Made by a program: the position numbers and the translations under genes. A model generated the notes under the pieces. The model saw only the letters and a program-made list of their open reading frames with translations. It had not been told where the DNA came from and did no database searches. A DNA stretch of 64,000 bases from an uncultured Verrucomicrobiae bacterium (GTDB lineage: Bacteria; Verrucomicrobiota; Verrucomicrobiia; Limisphaerales; Palsa-1400). Of this stretch, positions 48,276 through 57,986 are shown piece after piece (the stretch's first letter is position 1; every line of letters begins with the position of its first letter). The stretch spans positions 1,600,001-1,664,000 of the forward strand of contig CAVXRD010000001.1 in the NCBI GenBank assembly GCA_963764165.1. Direction: 5' to 3'.

Positions 48276-49361
48276 TCATGGGGGATTTTTCTTTCCGGCA
48301 GAAGGCTTCAAGTGTTTGAGCTTTTTTATCGCTGCATCAAAATCCTTTTCCACCAAACTTGGCTTCGCGTCTTCGAGCGCGCGGAATTTTGAGAATTCGA
48401 ACTGGGCTTTTTCCATCGCTGCGTCGTGAGAGATTTTTCCCGCATGCGTCAATATATTGCGATCGGACAGGCGCAAAAAATCGTCAAGCTTCGCAGTCCA
48501 GGCCCGCATGGTCATAGGGTTGCGATTCATCGCCTGCAGCTCGGCAAATTCCAGATAGGCGGTCACAATCCGGTTCAGCGCTGTCAATTCCTCCTCCGTC
48601 AAATAGTTTTTGGCAATCGACGTGTCCTCCTTGCGCACGATGCCGCCGGGGCGGGTCGTCTTCAGTCCCATAAAGGGTTTGCTCGCGTCGGCCCGCGCGT
48701 GAATCACTTCAGCCGCTGTGTGCCCATGAGCAGCCCAATGCATTTTATTTTGGACAATCGCAAAAAACGTTTGTGAAACCACCTGGCTCGGATCGTAGTC
48801 GGTGCTCGTGGCATAGATATCCAGAACCTTTCGCCAGAAGACTTTTTCCGACGAACGAATGTCGCGAATGCGCGCCAGCAGTTCCTCGAAATAATCCGCG
48901 TCGCCGCCTTCTTTCAGGCGCATGTCGTCCATCGCGAATCCTTTCACGATGTATTCGCGCAGCCTCTGGGTGGCCCAGATGCGGAACTGCGTGCCACGCG
49001 GAGAACGGACGCGATACCCGACGGCAATAATTGCGTCCAGATTGTAATGTTTCAGGTTCCGTCGAATCGACCGCGCACCCTCCATTCGAACTTGTAAGTA
49101 ATCCTTACAAGTTGCCTGTTCGCCCAGTTCACCTTCGCTGTAAATGGCTTGCAGATGGAGGGTTATGTTCTGCGGCGTAGTCTCGAAAAGCTCTCCCATC
49201 TGAGCTTGGGTAAGCCAAGCTGTGTGGCCGTCCAGGCGGACATGAAGGCGGGTCTGCGCGTCCTCAGTTTGAAAAAGGATAACCTCGCCACCCGGTTTTG
49301 GCTCTCCGCAGGCGGCTACTCGCAAGCCCGCTGAATAGGATTCCGACCCTGACTTGCTCAT
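48276..49361 (-). CDS. rhuM: RhuM-family protein
   Basis: WLTQ.QM.ELF....NI..HL..IY, YNLD.II.VGYRV.S.RGTQFR.WAT..L.EY..KGF.MDD.RLK, IRDIRSSEK, VQNK.H.A.HG.TAAE, AKNYL. Confidence 0.92.
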   Translation of the reverse strand: MSKSGSESYSAGLRVAACGEPKPGGEVILFQTEDAQTRLHVRLDGHTAWLTQAQMGELFETTPQNITLHLQAIYSEGELGEQATCKDYLQVRMEGARSIRRNLKHYNLDAIIAVGYRVRSPRGTQFRIWATQRLREYIVKGFAMDDMRLKEGGDADYFEELLARIRDIRSSEKVFWRKVLDIYATSTDYDPSQVVSQTFFAIVQNKMHWAAHGHTAAEVIHARADASKPFMGLKTTRPGGIVRKEDTSIAKNYLTEEELTALNRIVTAYLEFAELQAMNRNPMTMRAWTAKLDDFLRLSDRNILTHAGKISHDAAMEKAQFEFSKFRALEDAKPSLVEKDFDAAIKKLKHLKPSAGKKNPP

Positions 49362-49437
49362 GCGTCGACCAAGAGCATGACCATTCGCACGAAGCGAAGC
49401 CAGCGAAAACACAATCTCGCCGCGCATTATCGTGGAC

Positions 49438-49468
49438 TCGAACTTGTAAGCAATCCTTACAAGTTGCC
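49438..49468. promoter_or_regulatory. Palindrome upstream of rhuM, duplicated inside its CDS (49086-49116)
   Basis: TCGAACTTGTAAG[C/T]AATCCTTACAAGTTGCC, 30/31 identical between copies; core 10-5-10 [22 protein letters not shown]. Confidence 0.8.
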
Positions 49469-49478
49469 GCCCTGCAAT

Positions 49479-51683
49479 CTAAAACAGCACGGTAAGTTCG
49501 CGGGCGGCGGCCTCGTTCAGGAAATGAATCCACATCAGCCCTTCGTCCGCGCTGTAATTGACAGATTCGACATTCGCCCCGGCCAGGGTCACGGACTTCG
49601 CGGCGCGCGGCGCTCGAATCAAAACTACCGCGGCCGTCCCGCCGACTCCTTCGACCAACGCCGAAATTTTCTCCGCGCTTTGGGTTTGCGGCACCGCGCG
49701 GCAGCCCGCCGCCAGCAGCGAGCGCCCGGCAATATCGGGCGCATCGACATCGAGCAATACAAATCGATGCCCCGGCGATAAGACAACTTCCCTCTGCACT
49801 TTCAATTCGGAGTCAAATAAATTGATGAATCGCCCTTTCAGCACGCGCGGTTCACCGGCGATGGATTCATCAAGGCCCGCCGCGACAATGTAGGGGCCCC
49901 GCTTGAGGTAAAGGCAATTGGTCTCGCTCCAAGCGAAATGCGGAGCGATGGAGCTTGCCAGATCACTCGCGCCGCGGCGGACGGCGTCCACCACAGCTTC
50001 GTCACCGCGCTCTTTGCGCGAAAGCACCGCCGGATTGTGGTGCAGCCAGATCAACTCGCCCTGCCCAACTTTCACCGGGCCTGTTTCATTTTGCGCGACA
50101 CCCAATTGTTCGAAGAGATGCTGGCGCGGCGTCGCGTAATGCATGCCGTTCGTGTTCCACCATTCGCGGACGCGATCGAACGGGTCGCCGTCGTCATCGC
50201 AGAAAACGAGCAAGCCGCCGCGCTTCACCCAATCGGCCAAGCCCGCGTGAACTTCCGGCGTCAACGGTTTCATCCCATGATAGCTCATCAGCAGGCAATG
50301 AACGCCGTCGAGGTAGCCGGGAATTTGCGCGTCCTCGAGTTGGATGGGTTGCACTGGCAATCCGCGTTTGAGGAACGGCAGCGCAAGCCCATACACACCG
50401 CCTAGGCGCGAATCGCTCGGCGAAGGATCGCCGCGCTCGAACATCAGCGAATCTCCGATGATCACGCCTAGTCCGGTTGCGCCGCAATTCCATGAGACGT
50501 TCGTTTGCGCCATGTCGTCGAGGGCATTCCAGATCACTTGCAGCTCCGTCGCGTAGGCGGGGGGCATTTTTTTGCGGTCCTCCCGCGGGCCGTTGCGTGG
50601 GTAGCGCGTATTGAAAATGCGTTCGGGCCACGGCGCGATTTCGTAGCGTGAGACTTCCGGCTGGAAGAGCGATGCCGTCAGCGTGCATTCCCAATTCTGC
50701 TGGTAATCGTTCCAATCATGGTTCCCATTGTCCTCGATGGGATCGTTCAGATACCAAACCGTGCGTCCTGTGGAACGGACAAGATTCTGCATCGCGCCAT
50801 ATTCGAGAAACGCCGTGTCAAAGGTGCGCTCGCGCTCCTGCCCATGGTAGAAATTCGGCGTGCGCGACGTGCCCGTCCAGACCTGCGCAATGTAACCGTC
50901 GCAGCCGTTGAGGCGCGCCAGGCTCGACTCCGGACTGACGATTCCCCAGTCAGCGTAATTGATCAAACTGTGGGTCGGAACGTAGCAGCGGACGTGCGCG
51001 CCCTTCTCTTTGTTGAACGCCAAAATGCTGTCAAACACTTGCTGCAGCGCGCGGCGATACAAATAGTATTTCAGATTGGAGGCGCGCCATTGCGCGTCCA
51101 CCGACGAATGCGGCGCCTGCCACGGCTCGCCATAGTAGCTTTGCCACTCGCGTTTGAAGCCATCGGAATAACCGTTTTGCACCCAGAATTCTGGTTCCTC
51201 CAGATGCACGGCCTCGACGCCGGCGTCCAAAGCCTTGCGCACTCCGGCGCTTAGGTAATTGCCATAGTTTGTGCTCGGGCTCATATAGTATGCGCCGCCG
51301 CCATGGCCGTGCGCACGGCCGCTGCGATCCGTCTGCCGTTCGTCGTTGTGATCCTTCCCGTCGAATCCCCCAAAGAGGAAATTAGTGTAATTGCCCCACG
51401 CCACGCCGGTCATCAAATGAACCCGATAGCCGCGGTCGCGCCACGACTTCACACGCTCTTCAACGTTCGCGTCGAACCCATAGACGATGGCGACATCCGC
51501 GCGCAAATCGCAGTCGGGCTTCCATGCGACATGTGTTTGGAAACACGTCCGCTCCATGCTTTGTTGCGGGTCGGCAAAGGGCAGATTGGTTTGGGCGACC
51601 AGCGGACGAGTCAGCCCGCAAATGCCGAGCAGCGATGCGAAAACGGCAATGGCCTTAACTCGCGAAAACCTCGTCTCATTCAT
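49479..51683 (-). CDS. Secreted hypothetical protein, possibly glycoside-hydrolase-like
   Basis: Signal peptide; aromatic-rich sequence with HLEEPEF and LNDPIED; C-terminal L.DWV..GG.L.F like GH42-type trimerisation domains. Function not established. Confidence 0.7.
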   Translation of the reverse strand: MNETRFSRVKAIAVFASLLGICGLTRPLVAQTNLPFADPQQSMERTCFQTHVAWKPDCDLRADVAIVYGFDANVEERVKSWRDRGYRVHLMTGVAWGNYTNFLFGGFDGKDHNDERQTDRSGRAHGHGGGAYYMSPSTNYGNYLSAGVRKALDAGVEAVHLEEPEFWVQNGYSDGFKREWQSYYGEPWQAPHSSVDAQWRASNLKYYLYRRALQQVFDSILAFNKEKGAHVRCYVPTHSLINYADWGIVSPESSLARLNGCDGYIAQVWTGTSRTPNFYHGQERERTFDTAFLEYGAMQNLVRSTGRTVWYLNDPIEDNGNHDWNDYQQNWECTLTASLFQPEVSRYEIAPWPERIFNTRYPRNGPREDRKKMPPAYATELQVIWNALDDMAQTNVSWNCGATGLGVIIGDSLMFERGDPSPSDSRLGGVYGLALPFLKRGLPVQPIQLEDAQIPGYLDGVHCLLMSYHGMKPLTPEVHAGLADWVKRGGLLVFCDDDGDPFDRVREWWNTNGMHYATPRQHLFEQLGVAQNETGPVKVGQGELIWLHHNPAVLSRKERGDEAVVDAVRRGASDLASSIAPHFAWSETNCLYLKRGPYIVAAGLDESIAGEPRVLKGRFINLFDSELKVQREVVLSPGHRFVLLDVDAPDIAGRSLLAAGCRAVPQTQSAEKISALVEGVGGTAAVVLIRAPRAAKSVTLAGANVESVNYSADEGLMWIHFLNEAAARELTVLF

Positions 51684-51693
51684 GAGACTGATT

Positions 51694-53139
51694 TCAATGC
51701 GCCTGTGGCGCGGAGTCAACCTTGTTCATTTGCTTTGGAGGGGTGCGACGCGATTGGAGAAACGCGACCAGATCATCCATGTCGCCGGGGGCTAGGTTGG
51801 CGGCGAACGCAGGCATGTTGTTGCCTCCATTGGAAATTCGGATAATCATTTGGTCGCGCGTCAACCGATCTGCGACGTTGCTTAAGTCCGGCCCGCGACG
51901 CCCGCCGCTGCCGTCGATCCAATGGCAATTGAGGCAGCCTTTGTCATGAAATTTTTGCGCCCCAGCGAACACGGGGCCGCCCGTTGCCCCGACCACGGAT
52001 TCCGGAAGCGGCTTCGCCTCGAAGTTCGGCGACCATGGAGATTTCGCGCCCTCCACCCAAAGGGTCGAAATCATTATGACCACCGCAACGACCATCGCCA
52101 CCGCCCACGGCCGACGGCGAAAACTCCGCTCGCCCTTGTTTGCGATGAACGGCATAACGATCAGTATGAACCCTGCAATCAGCGGCGCAAACACCATGAA
52201 GTAACGCTCCGAGCCATGCGGCAAAAGCGCCAGCACTCCGAAGTACCACAGCAAATACCAATCCGGCCGCGGATCAGCCCCGACGATGCTCGGGTCCGGT
52301 GGCTTGCCAAGTTCGGGCGCGCCAACGATCATCGCCAGCAGCGCCATTCCCAAAATCATCCCCACGCAGAAAACGACATCGCGCCAGGCGGCATCCGGCC
52401 AGAATGGTTTGCCGGTTTTCTCCATCAATTCCTTATATTCCTTGCGATAGGTTTTTGGATTGACGGGCTTGCCTGGAGTCGGCGGCTCAGAAATCCCGTG
52501 ACGCAACACCAGCATCAGATGCAAACCGACAAAAGCAAAAATGCACGCGGGCATGATGAAGACATGCACAACGAAAAATCGTGTCAAGGTCGCCCCACCC
52601 ACTGTATCGCCGCCGAGTGTGAAATGAGCCAGCCACGGGCCAATCACGGGAACGCGGCCGGTTTGTTCCGCCGCGACCACCACCGACCAGATCGCGGTTT
52701 GGTCCCAGCGCAAAAGCTGCCCGGTAAATCCCATCACCAGCGTAAACCCGAGCAGCAGCACGCCCGTCGCCCAGGTCAGCTCGCGCGGAAATTTGTAGGA
52801 GCCGAACAAAAACACCTGCGCCATGTGCAGCCCCACCATCAGCACCATGGCCGAGGCGCCGTAGTAATGGAGGCTTCGCAGGAAATTTCCAAACGGCGCT
52901 TCGTTGGTGATGAATTGGAGCGTTTGATACGCGTCGCCCGCAGAGGGAATATAAGCAAACGCCAACGCTACTCCGCTGACAACCTGAATGACGAAGGCGC
53001 AGAACGTCGCGCTGCCGAAGACATACCACCAGCGCGCATCGTGCGGCACAAGGTGCTTGGCCTGCTCGCCGATCATCGCCCCGAGGCCTGTGCGATCCTC
53101 CAGCCAATCGCGGATTTTTATGAAAACGCGGCGAATCAT
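51694..53139 (-). CDS. qcrB: Cytochrome b (b6+subunit IV-like) fused to a c-type cytochrome
   Basis: W.Y.FGS, RSLHY.GAS.MV...LH, YK.PRE..W..G, TLTRFF..H, RPDWY (PEWY variant), CLNCH. Confidence 0.92.
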   Translation of the reverse strand: MIRRVFIKIRDWLEDRTGLGAMIGEQAKHLVPHDARWWYVFGSATFCAFVIQVVSGVALAFAYIPSAGDAYQTLQFITNEAPFGNFLRSLHYYGASAMVLMVGLHMAQVFLFGSYKFPRELTWATGVLLLGFTLVMGFTGQLLRWDQTAIWSVVVAAEQTGRVPVIGPWLAHFTLGGDTVGGATLTRFFVVHVFIMPACIFAFVGLHLMLVLRHGISEPPTPGKPVNPKTYRKEYKELMEKTGKPFWPDAAWRDVVFCVGMILGMALLAMIVGAPELGKPPDPSIVGADPRPDWYLLWYFGVLALLPHGSERYFMVFAPLIAGFILIVMPFIANKGERSFRRRPWAVAMVVAVVIMISTLWVEGAKSPWSPNFEAKPLPESVVGATGGPVFAGAQKFHDKGCLNCHWIDGSGGRRGPDLSNVADRLTRDQMIIRISNGGNNMPAFAANLAPGDMDDLVAFLQSRRTPPKQMNKVDSAPQAH

Positions 53140-53684
53140 GTGGTGGAAATGGGGATAGGCGCGGTGAGAATTTGCACCTGCCCTTTATAAATCCGAACTT
53201 GGTAGCGCGGCAGCGGCGCTGGCGGAGGACCGGCTGCAACCGCGCCGTCCTCGTAATAAACGCCGCCATGGCACGGGCACATGAATAATTTCGCTCCTTC
53301 CAGCCAGCGCACCGGGCAGCCCAGATGCGTGCAGTTCAGCGAGAACGCGATGAACGAATCCTCCCCCACCTTCCGCACATAGGCCGCCGTCCTTGCCGTC
53401 ACGCCAGCCCACGGCAATGGCGATGAATCTTCAAATGCGACCTGCTTCGTTTCTCCTAATTTGAACGATTTGGGATCTCCGACTGACCGCCATATCTGTT
53501 TGTCACGCTCGAAGAGCGGCGCGAAAATAAAACCCACCATCGGCAACGCCAATACCGCCGCGCCGAAACTGCCCAGCAAAATGCTGAAACGCTCGAGAAA
53601 TTTTCGACGCGACACTTCGGCAGGCGAGGCCGCGCACGCGCAGGGCGCGGGATTTGGATTATTTTCCGTGTTTGGATCTTTCAT
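53136..53684 (-). CDS. qcrA: Rieske iron-sulfur subunit
   Basis: SRRKFL Tat motif; CTHLGC and CPCHGG. Confidence 0.92.
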   Translation of the reverse strand: MKDPNTENNPNPAPCACAASPAEVSRRKFLERFSILLGSFGAAVLALPMVGFIFAPLFERDKQIWRSVGDPKSFKLGETKQVAFEDSSPLPWAGVTARTAAYVRKVGEDSFIAFSLNCTHLGCPVRWLEGAKLFMCPCHGGVYYEDGAVAAGPPPAPLPRYQVRIYKGQVQILTAPIPISTT

Positions 53685-53901
53685 GACGAATCTCCCGAAT
53701 CCAACCAATCATCGACACCGCGAACAACAACAAACCAATGCCCGAAATAATCAGCGAGCTCACCAAGCCCCAGACGATGAACATGATCGCCAGCGACAGC
53801 GCCGCGGGCCATATCGAAGGCTCTGGCAAGTCGTCCGGTTGCGGAGCCGTCCAGCCGGGCGGCAAATTCACTTGAGGCGGAGTCGAGTGTTCAGTGTCCA
53901 T
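53659..53901 (-). CDS. Small 2-TM protein (cytochrome c oxidase subunit 4-like)
   Basis: LPEPSIWP followed by two hydrophobic helices and GW..E; AGAGGAG upstream; overlaps both neighbours. Confidence 0.7.
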   Translation of the reverse strand: MDTEHSTPPQVNLPPGWTAPQPDDLPEPSIWPAALSLAIMFIVWGLVSSLIISGIGLLLFAVSMIGWIREIRHERSKHGK

Positions 53902-54814
53902 GCGCTTCTCCTCTGTTGGTTTGGTTTAATTGCGAATCTCGGCAGGGCGAGGCTCCTGCCGAGCCATCTTCGCGGGTGTGGCTCGGCAGGAGCCTCGCCC
54001 TGCCGCGCCTGTCATTTTGGCGCACCCTACTCTTACCCGCAATATCGGCACTCCCTTCCGCATACCAGCGGTTTAGCATGCCCAGGATCGCTGTAAAATA
54101 GACGATGCACGCGGGCACCCACATCAACAAGCCGCCCAATTGCTGGTCGCGCGAAGGCGTGAGGGCCCATTCGTGTTGAATCAGCGGCAGCACACCGAGG
54201 CGATCCTGCGGATGCAAATAAATTGAGCACACTTCGACCGGCGAAAACGTAATGATAATCCCAAGCAACGTGCAGCCCAGGCAGGCGGTGACCAAATAGG
54301 CAATGCCCGTCATTGGCGAAAGGCGCTGTTCTTCCCACGGCCCGATGATGGGCCACCAAAATGCGAGACCCATTCCCATGAGCGAAGCATACTGCACGCG
54401 ATGAATCCACGGGGTGGCCACTGCGGCGTTGCACAAGGTCGGCGCATGCCAGAGCCACATGCCGCCCAAGCCAAGAATCCAGCAAACGATTGGCAGACGC
54501 GCGGTCCAATCGAGAAAGCGAAACTTTGCCGGACGCGCGCCGACCGGAATGCTCAACAAGATGAGCGGCGGAATGATCAGCAGCAGAAGAAGATGCTGCA
54601 GCATGTGCGCGCTGAAGAGATAGCCGTCCGCCAGTGTGTCCACCGGCGAGGCCAGCGTCAGAAAGAACAGCGCCAGCCCGGCCGCCAGCCATCCAGTCCG
54701 GCTGTCAAAACGAAATTTTCGACGAACCCCGTAAGCCACGGCTCCTGCGGCACAAAAGCCAACCACCCACGCGTTCCATTCCCAAGCCGATTTAAAAAAT
54801 TGCGCGGTTGTCAT
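53891..54814 (-). CDS. ctaG: caa3-type cytochrome c oxidase assembly factor CtaG, with a REP-derived tail segment
   Basis: LFSAHM.QHLLL...PPL, W.WH.P, FWW.., DQQLGGLLMWVP. Confidence 0.88.
   Translation of the reverse strand: MTTAQFFKSAWEWNAWVVGFCAAGAVAYGVRRKFRFDSRTGWLAAGLALFFLTLASPVDTLADGYLFSAHMLQHLLLLLIIPPLILLSIPVGARPAKFRFLDWTARLPIVCWILGLGGMWLWHAPTLCNAAVATPWIHRVQYASLMGMGLAFWWPIIGPWEEQRLSPMTGIAYLVTACLGCTLLGIIITFSPVEVCSIYLHPQDRLGVLPLIQHEWALTPSRDQQLGGLLMWVPACIVYFTAILGMLNRWYAEGSADIAGKSRVRQNDRRGRARLLPSHTREDGSAGASPCRDSQLNQTNRGEAHGH
53940..54005. repeat. 66-bp REP-like hairpin (perfect 27-bp IR) inside ctaG
   Basis: CGGCAGGGCGAGGCTCCTGCCGAGCCA, 12-nt loop, TGGCTCGGCAGGAGCCTCGCCCTGCCG; homologous to 61966-62035. 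Confidence 0.85.
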
Positions 54815-57042
54815 AAAAGCGTCTTCAAATAAACCACCGAGAAAACCGCGATCCACACCACATCCACAAAATGCCAGTAAAGCCCGACGCTCTTCACGGC
54901 TTCAAATCGTCCAGTTCGGAAATCCCCCGCAAAACCAAGCCACGTCACCACCGCCAGCATTGCCAGGCCAACGCAAACGTGAATGCCGTGGAAGCCTGTC
55001 AAAGTGAAAAATGTGGTGGCAAACAAGTTTGAGTTGATGACGACTCCGTCGTGGAACAGCCGCGCGTACTCGAACCCCTGGCCAATGATGAAAATCACTC
55101 CCAGCAAAATTGTCACGAGCATCATCTTCACAAAACCTTTTTGGTTGCCTGCGAAAAGTTTTCGTTCCGCCAGCCAAAACGTGACGCTGCTCGCAAGAAG
55201 ACAAATTGTGAAAATTCCAGACTTGGCGATTTCCAGGGATTTCGCGGCGCTCGGTCCGGTCATTTCATGGCCGTTGTAATAGAGATACGCCAGAATCAAC
55301 ATCACGAAAAATGAGGCCTCGGAAATTAGAAAAGTCCCCATGCCGATTTCGTTTTTCTCCCACACTCTCGCTTTTTTCGCACTCGGCGCGCCATCTTCGG
55401 GATCGCGCCGAGCCGGGTTCGCCAAATCCCACAAGGGACGGCGGCTGCGCACTGGCGGCACGCGGTCGAAATTATGCTCCGGCGGCGGCGAAGTGGTGGC
55501 CCATTCCAACGTCCACGCCCGCCATGGATTGTCCCCCGCGGGTTCGCCGTGGCGCAGGCTCACCGCAATGTTCCAAATCAAAATGAGCACGCTGAAGCCG
55601 AGGACAAACGCGCCGACGCTGGAAACGACGTTCAAAATCCCCCATCCTGGCAAATCTGGATAGGTGTAAATGCGCCGCGTCATTCCCATCAAGCCGAGAA
55701 TGTGCTGCACGAAAAACGCGCCATTGAAACCGATGAGCGCCGTCCAAAAATTCAGCTTTCCGATTTTTTCGGAAAGCATTCTCCCGGTCATTTTCGGAAA
55801 CCAATAATATATGCCGCCGAGAATGGCGAAGAACGTTCCGCCAAAAAGCACGTAATGAAAATGCGCGACCAAATAGTAAGTGTCTGTGACCTGCCAATCA
55901 ATGGGCACGACGGCAAACGTGATTCCGCTCAAGCCGCCAACGGTAAATTGAATGAGAAAGGCCACCGCAAACATCATTGACGTTGTCAAACGAATCGCGC
56001 CGCCCCACATGGTCGCGCTCCAGGCAAAGATTTTAATCCCGGTCGGCACTGCAATCAGCATGCTGCTCGCCGCGAAAAACAAATCCATCGGATGCCCCAT
56101 GCCGACCGCGAACATGTGATGGGCCCAAACGCCAAAACTCAGCAACGCGATGGCCACCGTCGAACCAGCCACAAACTCGTAGCCAAAAATTGGCCGGCGC
56201 GAAAAGACCGGGACGATTTCCGAAATGATTCCGAAAGCCGGCAGCGCAAGGATGTAAACTTCGGGATGGCCAAAGGCCCAAAAGAAATGCTGCCATAATA
56301 TCACTGACCCGCCGTGCGCCGCCGTGAAGAAATGCGCTCCGAGCTGGCGGTCGATCAGCAGCATGATGATGTCCGCGTTCAAGGCGGGCATGGCCAGGAT
56401 GATCAGGAACGAATTGATCAAAATCATCCACACGAACAACGGCAGGCGCTTGATTGTCAAACCCGGCGGACGCAGCGTGAAAATGGTGGCGACCAGATTT
56501 ACGGAGGCGGCGACCGACCCGATTCCCAACACCAGCAGCGCAAGCACCCAAAAATCCACTCCCTGCGTCGACGCAAACGGCGTCTCGCTCAGCGGCGCGT
56601 AGCTGAACCATCCCACCGCGGGCGCGCCGCCGACCAGCAGGCTGAAGTGCAGCAGAAATCCGCCGCACGGCAGCAGCCAATAACCGAGCGCGTTGAGCCG
56701 CGGAAACGCCATGTCGCGCGCGCCGATCATCAGCGGCACCAAATAATTGGCCAGCCCGATGAGCGCCGGCATGACGACCAGAAAAATCATGGTCGTGCCG
56801 TGCATCGTGAAGAGCTGATTGAAGGCGTCTGGAGAGAGAAAATGATTATTAGGGCGGATCAATTGAATCCGAAGCAGCAACGCTTCCGCGCCGCCGACAA
56901 GCAGGAAAAACATCGCCGTCAACAAATACAATATCCCCACGCGCTTGTGATCGACCGTCGCCACCCATCCGAACAAGCCGTGGTGGAGGCTGGCTTTCTC
57001 CGCGGCTTCGGCGTTTTCCTGCGCTGGGGCCATCGCGCTCAT
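54811..57042 (-). CDS. ctaD: Cytochrome c oxidase subunit I fused to subunit III
   Basis: VDHKRVG, TMHGT.M, GHPEVY (A1-type), VWAHH, AHFHY; then TGFHG.HV and YWHFVD of subunit III. Confidence 0.93.
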   Translation of the reverse strand: MSAMAPAQENAEAAEKASLHHGLFGWVATVDHKRVGILYLLTAMFFLLVGGAEALLLRIQLIRPNNHFLSPDAFNQLFTMHGTTMIFLVVMPALIGLANYLVPLMIGARDMAFPRLNALGYWLLPCGGFLLHFSLLVGGAPAVGWFSYAPLSETPFASTQGVDFWVLALLVLGIGSVAASVNLVATIFTLRPPGLTIKRLPLFVWMILINSFLIILAMPALNADIIMLLIDRQLGAHFFTAAHGGSVILWQHFFWAFGHPEVYILALPAFGIISEIVPVFSRRPIFGYEFVAGSTVAIALLSFGVWAHHMFAVGMGHPMDLFFAASSMLIAVPTGIKIFAWSATMWGGAIRLTTSMMFAVAFLIQFTVGGLSGITFAVVPIDWQVTDTYYLVAHFHYVLFGGTFFAILGGIYYWFPKMTGRMLSEKIGKLNFWTALIGFNGAFFVQHILGLMGMTRRIYTYPDLPGWGILNVVSSVGAFVLGFSVLILIWNIAVSLRHGEPAGDNPWRAWTLEWATTSPPPEHNFDRVPPVRSRRPLWDLANPARRDPEDGAPSAKKARVWEKNEIGMGTFLISEASFFVMLILAYLYYNGHEMTGPSAAKSLEIAKSGIFTICLLASSVTFWLAERKLFAGNQKGFVKMMLVTILLGVIFIIGQGFEYARLFHDGVVINSNLFATTFFTLTGFHGIHVCVGLAMLAVVTWLGFAGDFRTGRFEAVKSVGLYWHFVDVVWIAVFSVVYLKTLL

Positions 57043-57974
57043 TTGAGAGTGGCGAGGTATTGCGCCAGCGCGTTGGCATCGGCGTCCGTCAGATTCAAAT
57101 TCGGCATGAGGCACGCAGGCTTGATGGATTGCGGATCCTTCAGCCAGCGATACAGATTTGTTTCCGTGATTGGCAAAATTCCAGCACCCAAATTTTTCCG
57201 CCCCGCAACGTGCGTCAAATCAGGCGCTGCCGTTGATATCCCTGAGACACCGCGAATCGTGTGGCAATTGATGCATGTTTTGTCCTGGAACGTTTTCAAA
57301 CCTTGTTCCAAAACTCCCGACGACGACGCCTGCGCCGGGGCCGATTGCGCGCGCAGCCATTCGTTGAATTTATCGGGAGGATCGGCCACGACGAGAAAGC
57401 GCATCCACGAATGCTGCGCGCCGCAATACTCGGCACAGGTGCCGTCGTAAGTCCCCGGCGACTGCGCGGAAAGCCAGAGATAATTGGTGAGGCCGGGAAC
57501 GACGTCGATTTTTCCGCCCAGTCGCGCCACCCAAAAATCGTGAATTACGTCGGCCGATTCCAATTGCACCAGCCAGTTGCTTCCAACGGGAATGTGGATT
57601 TCATTGGCCACGACTGCCGAAGAATCTGGATAGCGCGCCTCCCACCACCACTGATGGCTCACGACAATCAGATCCGGTTTGTCTTTTGCGGGCGGATCGG
57701 ACAAACGCATTCCCCGGGCTGTCAAGACGAACAAACCGGCGACGATCAGGGTCGGGACAGCCGTCCAGGCGATTTCCAAATTGCGATTGCCAAAATACGA
57801 GGGAGGATCCTCCGCGCCTTCACGATGGCGAAAGCGAATCAAACAAACAGCGATCAACCCCGCCACAATCGCCAGAATCACCGCGCAAACCGCCAAGGTC
57901 CCAATAAAAACATCCGATATCGCCGCCGCCTGCGCCGACGCAGGGTCGAACATCGGACTGATGGCCTTCAGCAT
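57039..57974 (-). CDS. ctaC: Cytochrome c oxidase subunit II with C-terminal cytochrome c (caa3 type)
   Basis: LEIAWT..P, QWWW, DVIH, CuA motif CAEYCGAQHSWM, CINCH. Confidence 0.93.
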   Translation of the reverse strand: MLKAISPMFDPASAQAAAISDVFIGTLAVCAVILAIVAGLIAVCLIRFRHREGAEDPPSYFGNRNLEIAWTAVPTLIVAGLFVLTARGMRLSDPPAKDKPDLIVVSHQWWWEARYPDSSAVVANEIHIPVGSNWLVQLESADVIHDFWVARLGGKIDVVPGLTNYLWLSAQSPGTYDGTCAEYCGAQHSWMRFLVVADPPDKFNEWLRAQSAPAQASSSGVLEQGLKTFQDKTCINCHTIRGVSGISTAAPDLTHVAGRKNLGAGILPITETNLYRWLKDPQSIKPACLMPNLNLTDADANALAQYLATLK

Positions 57975-57986
57975 TTTGGCTATGGG

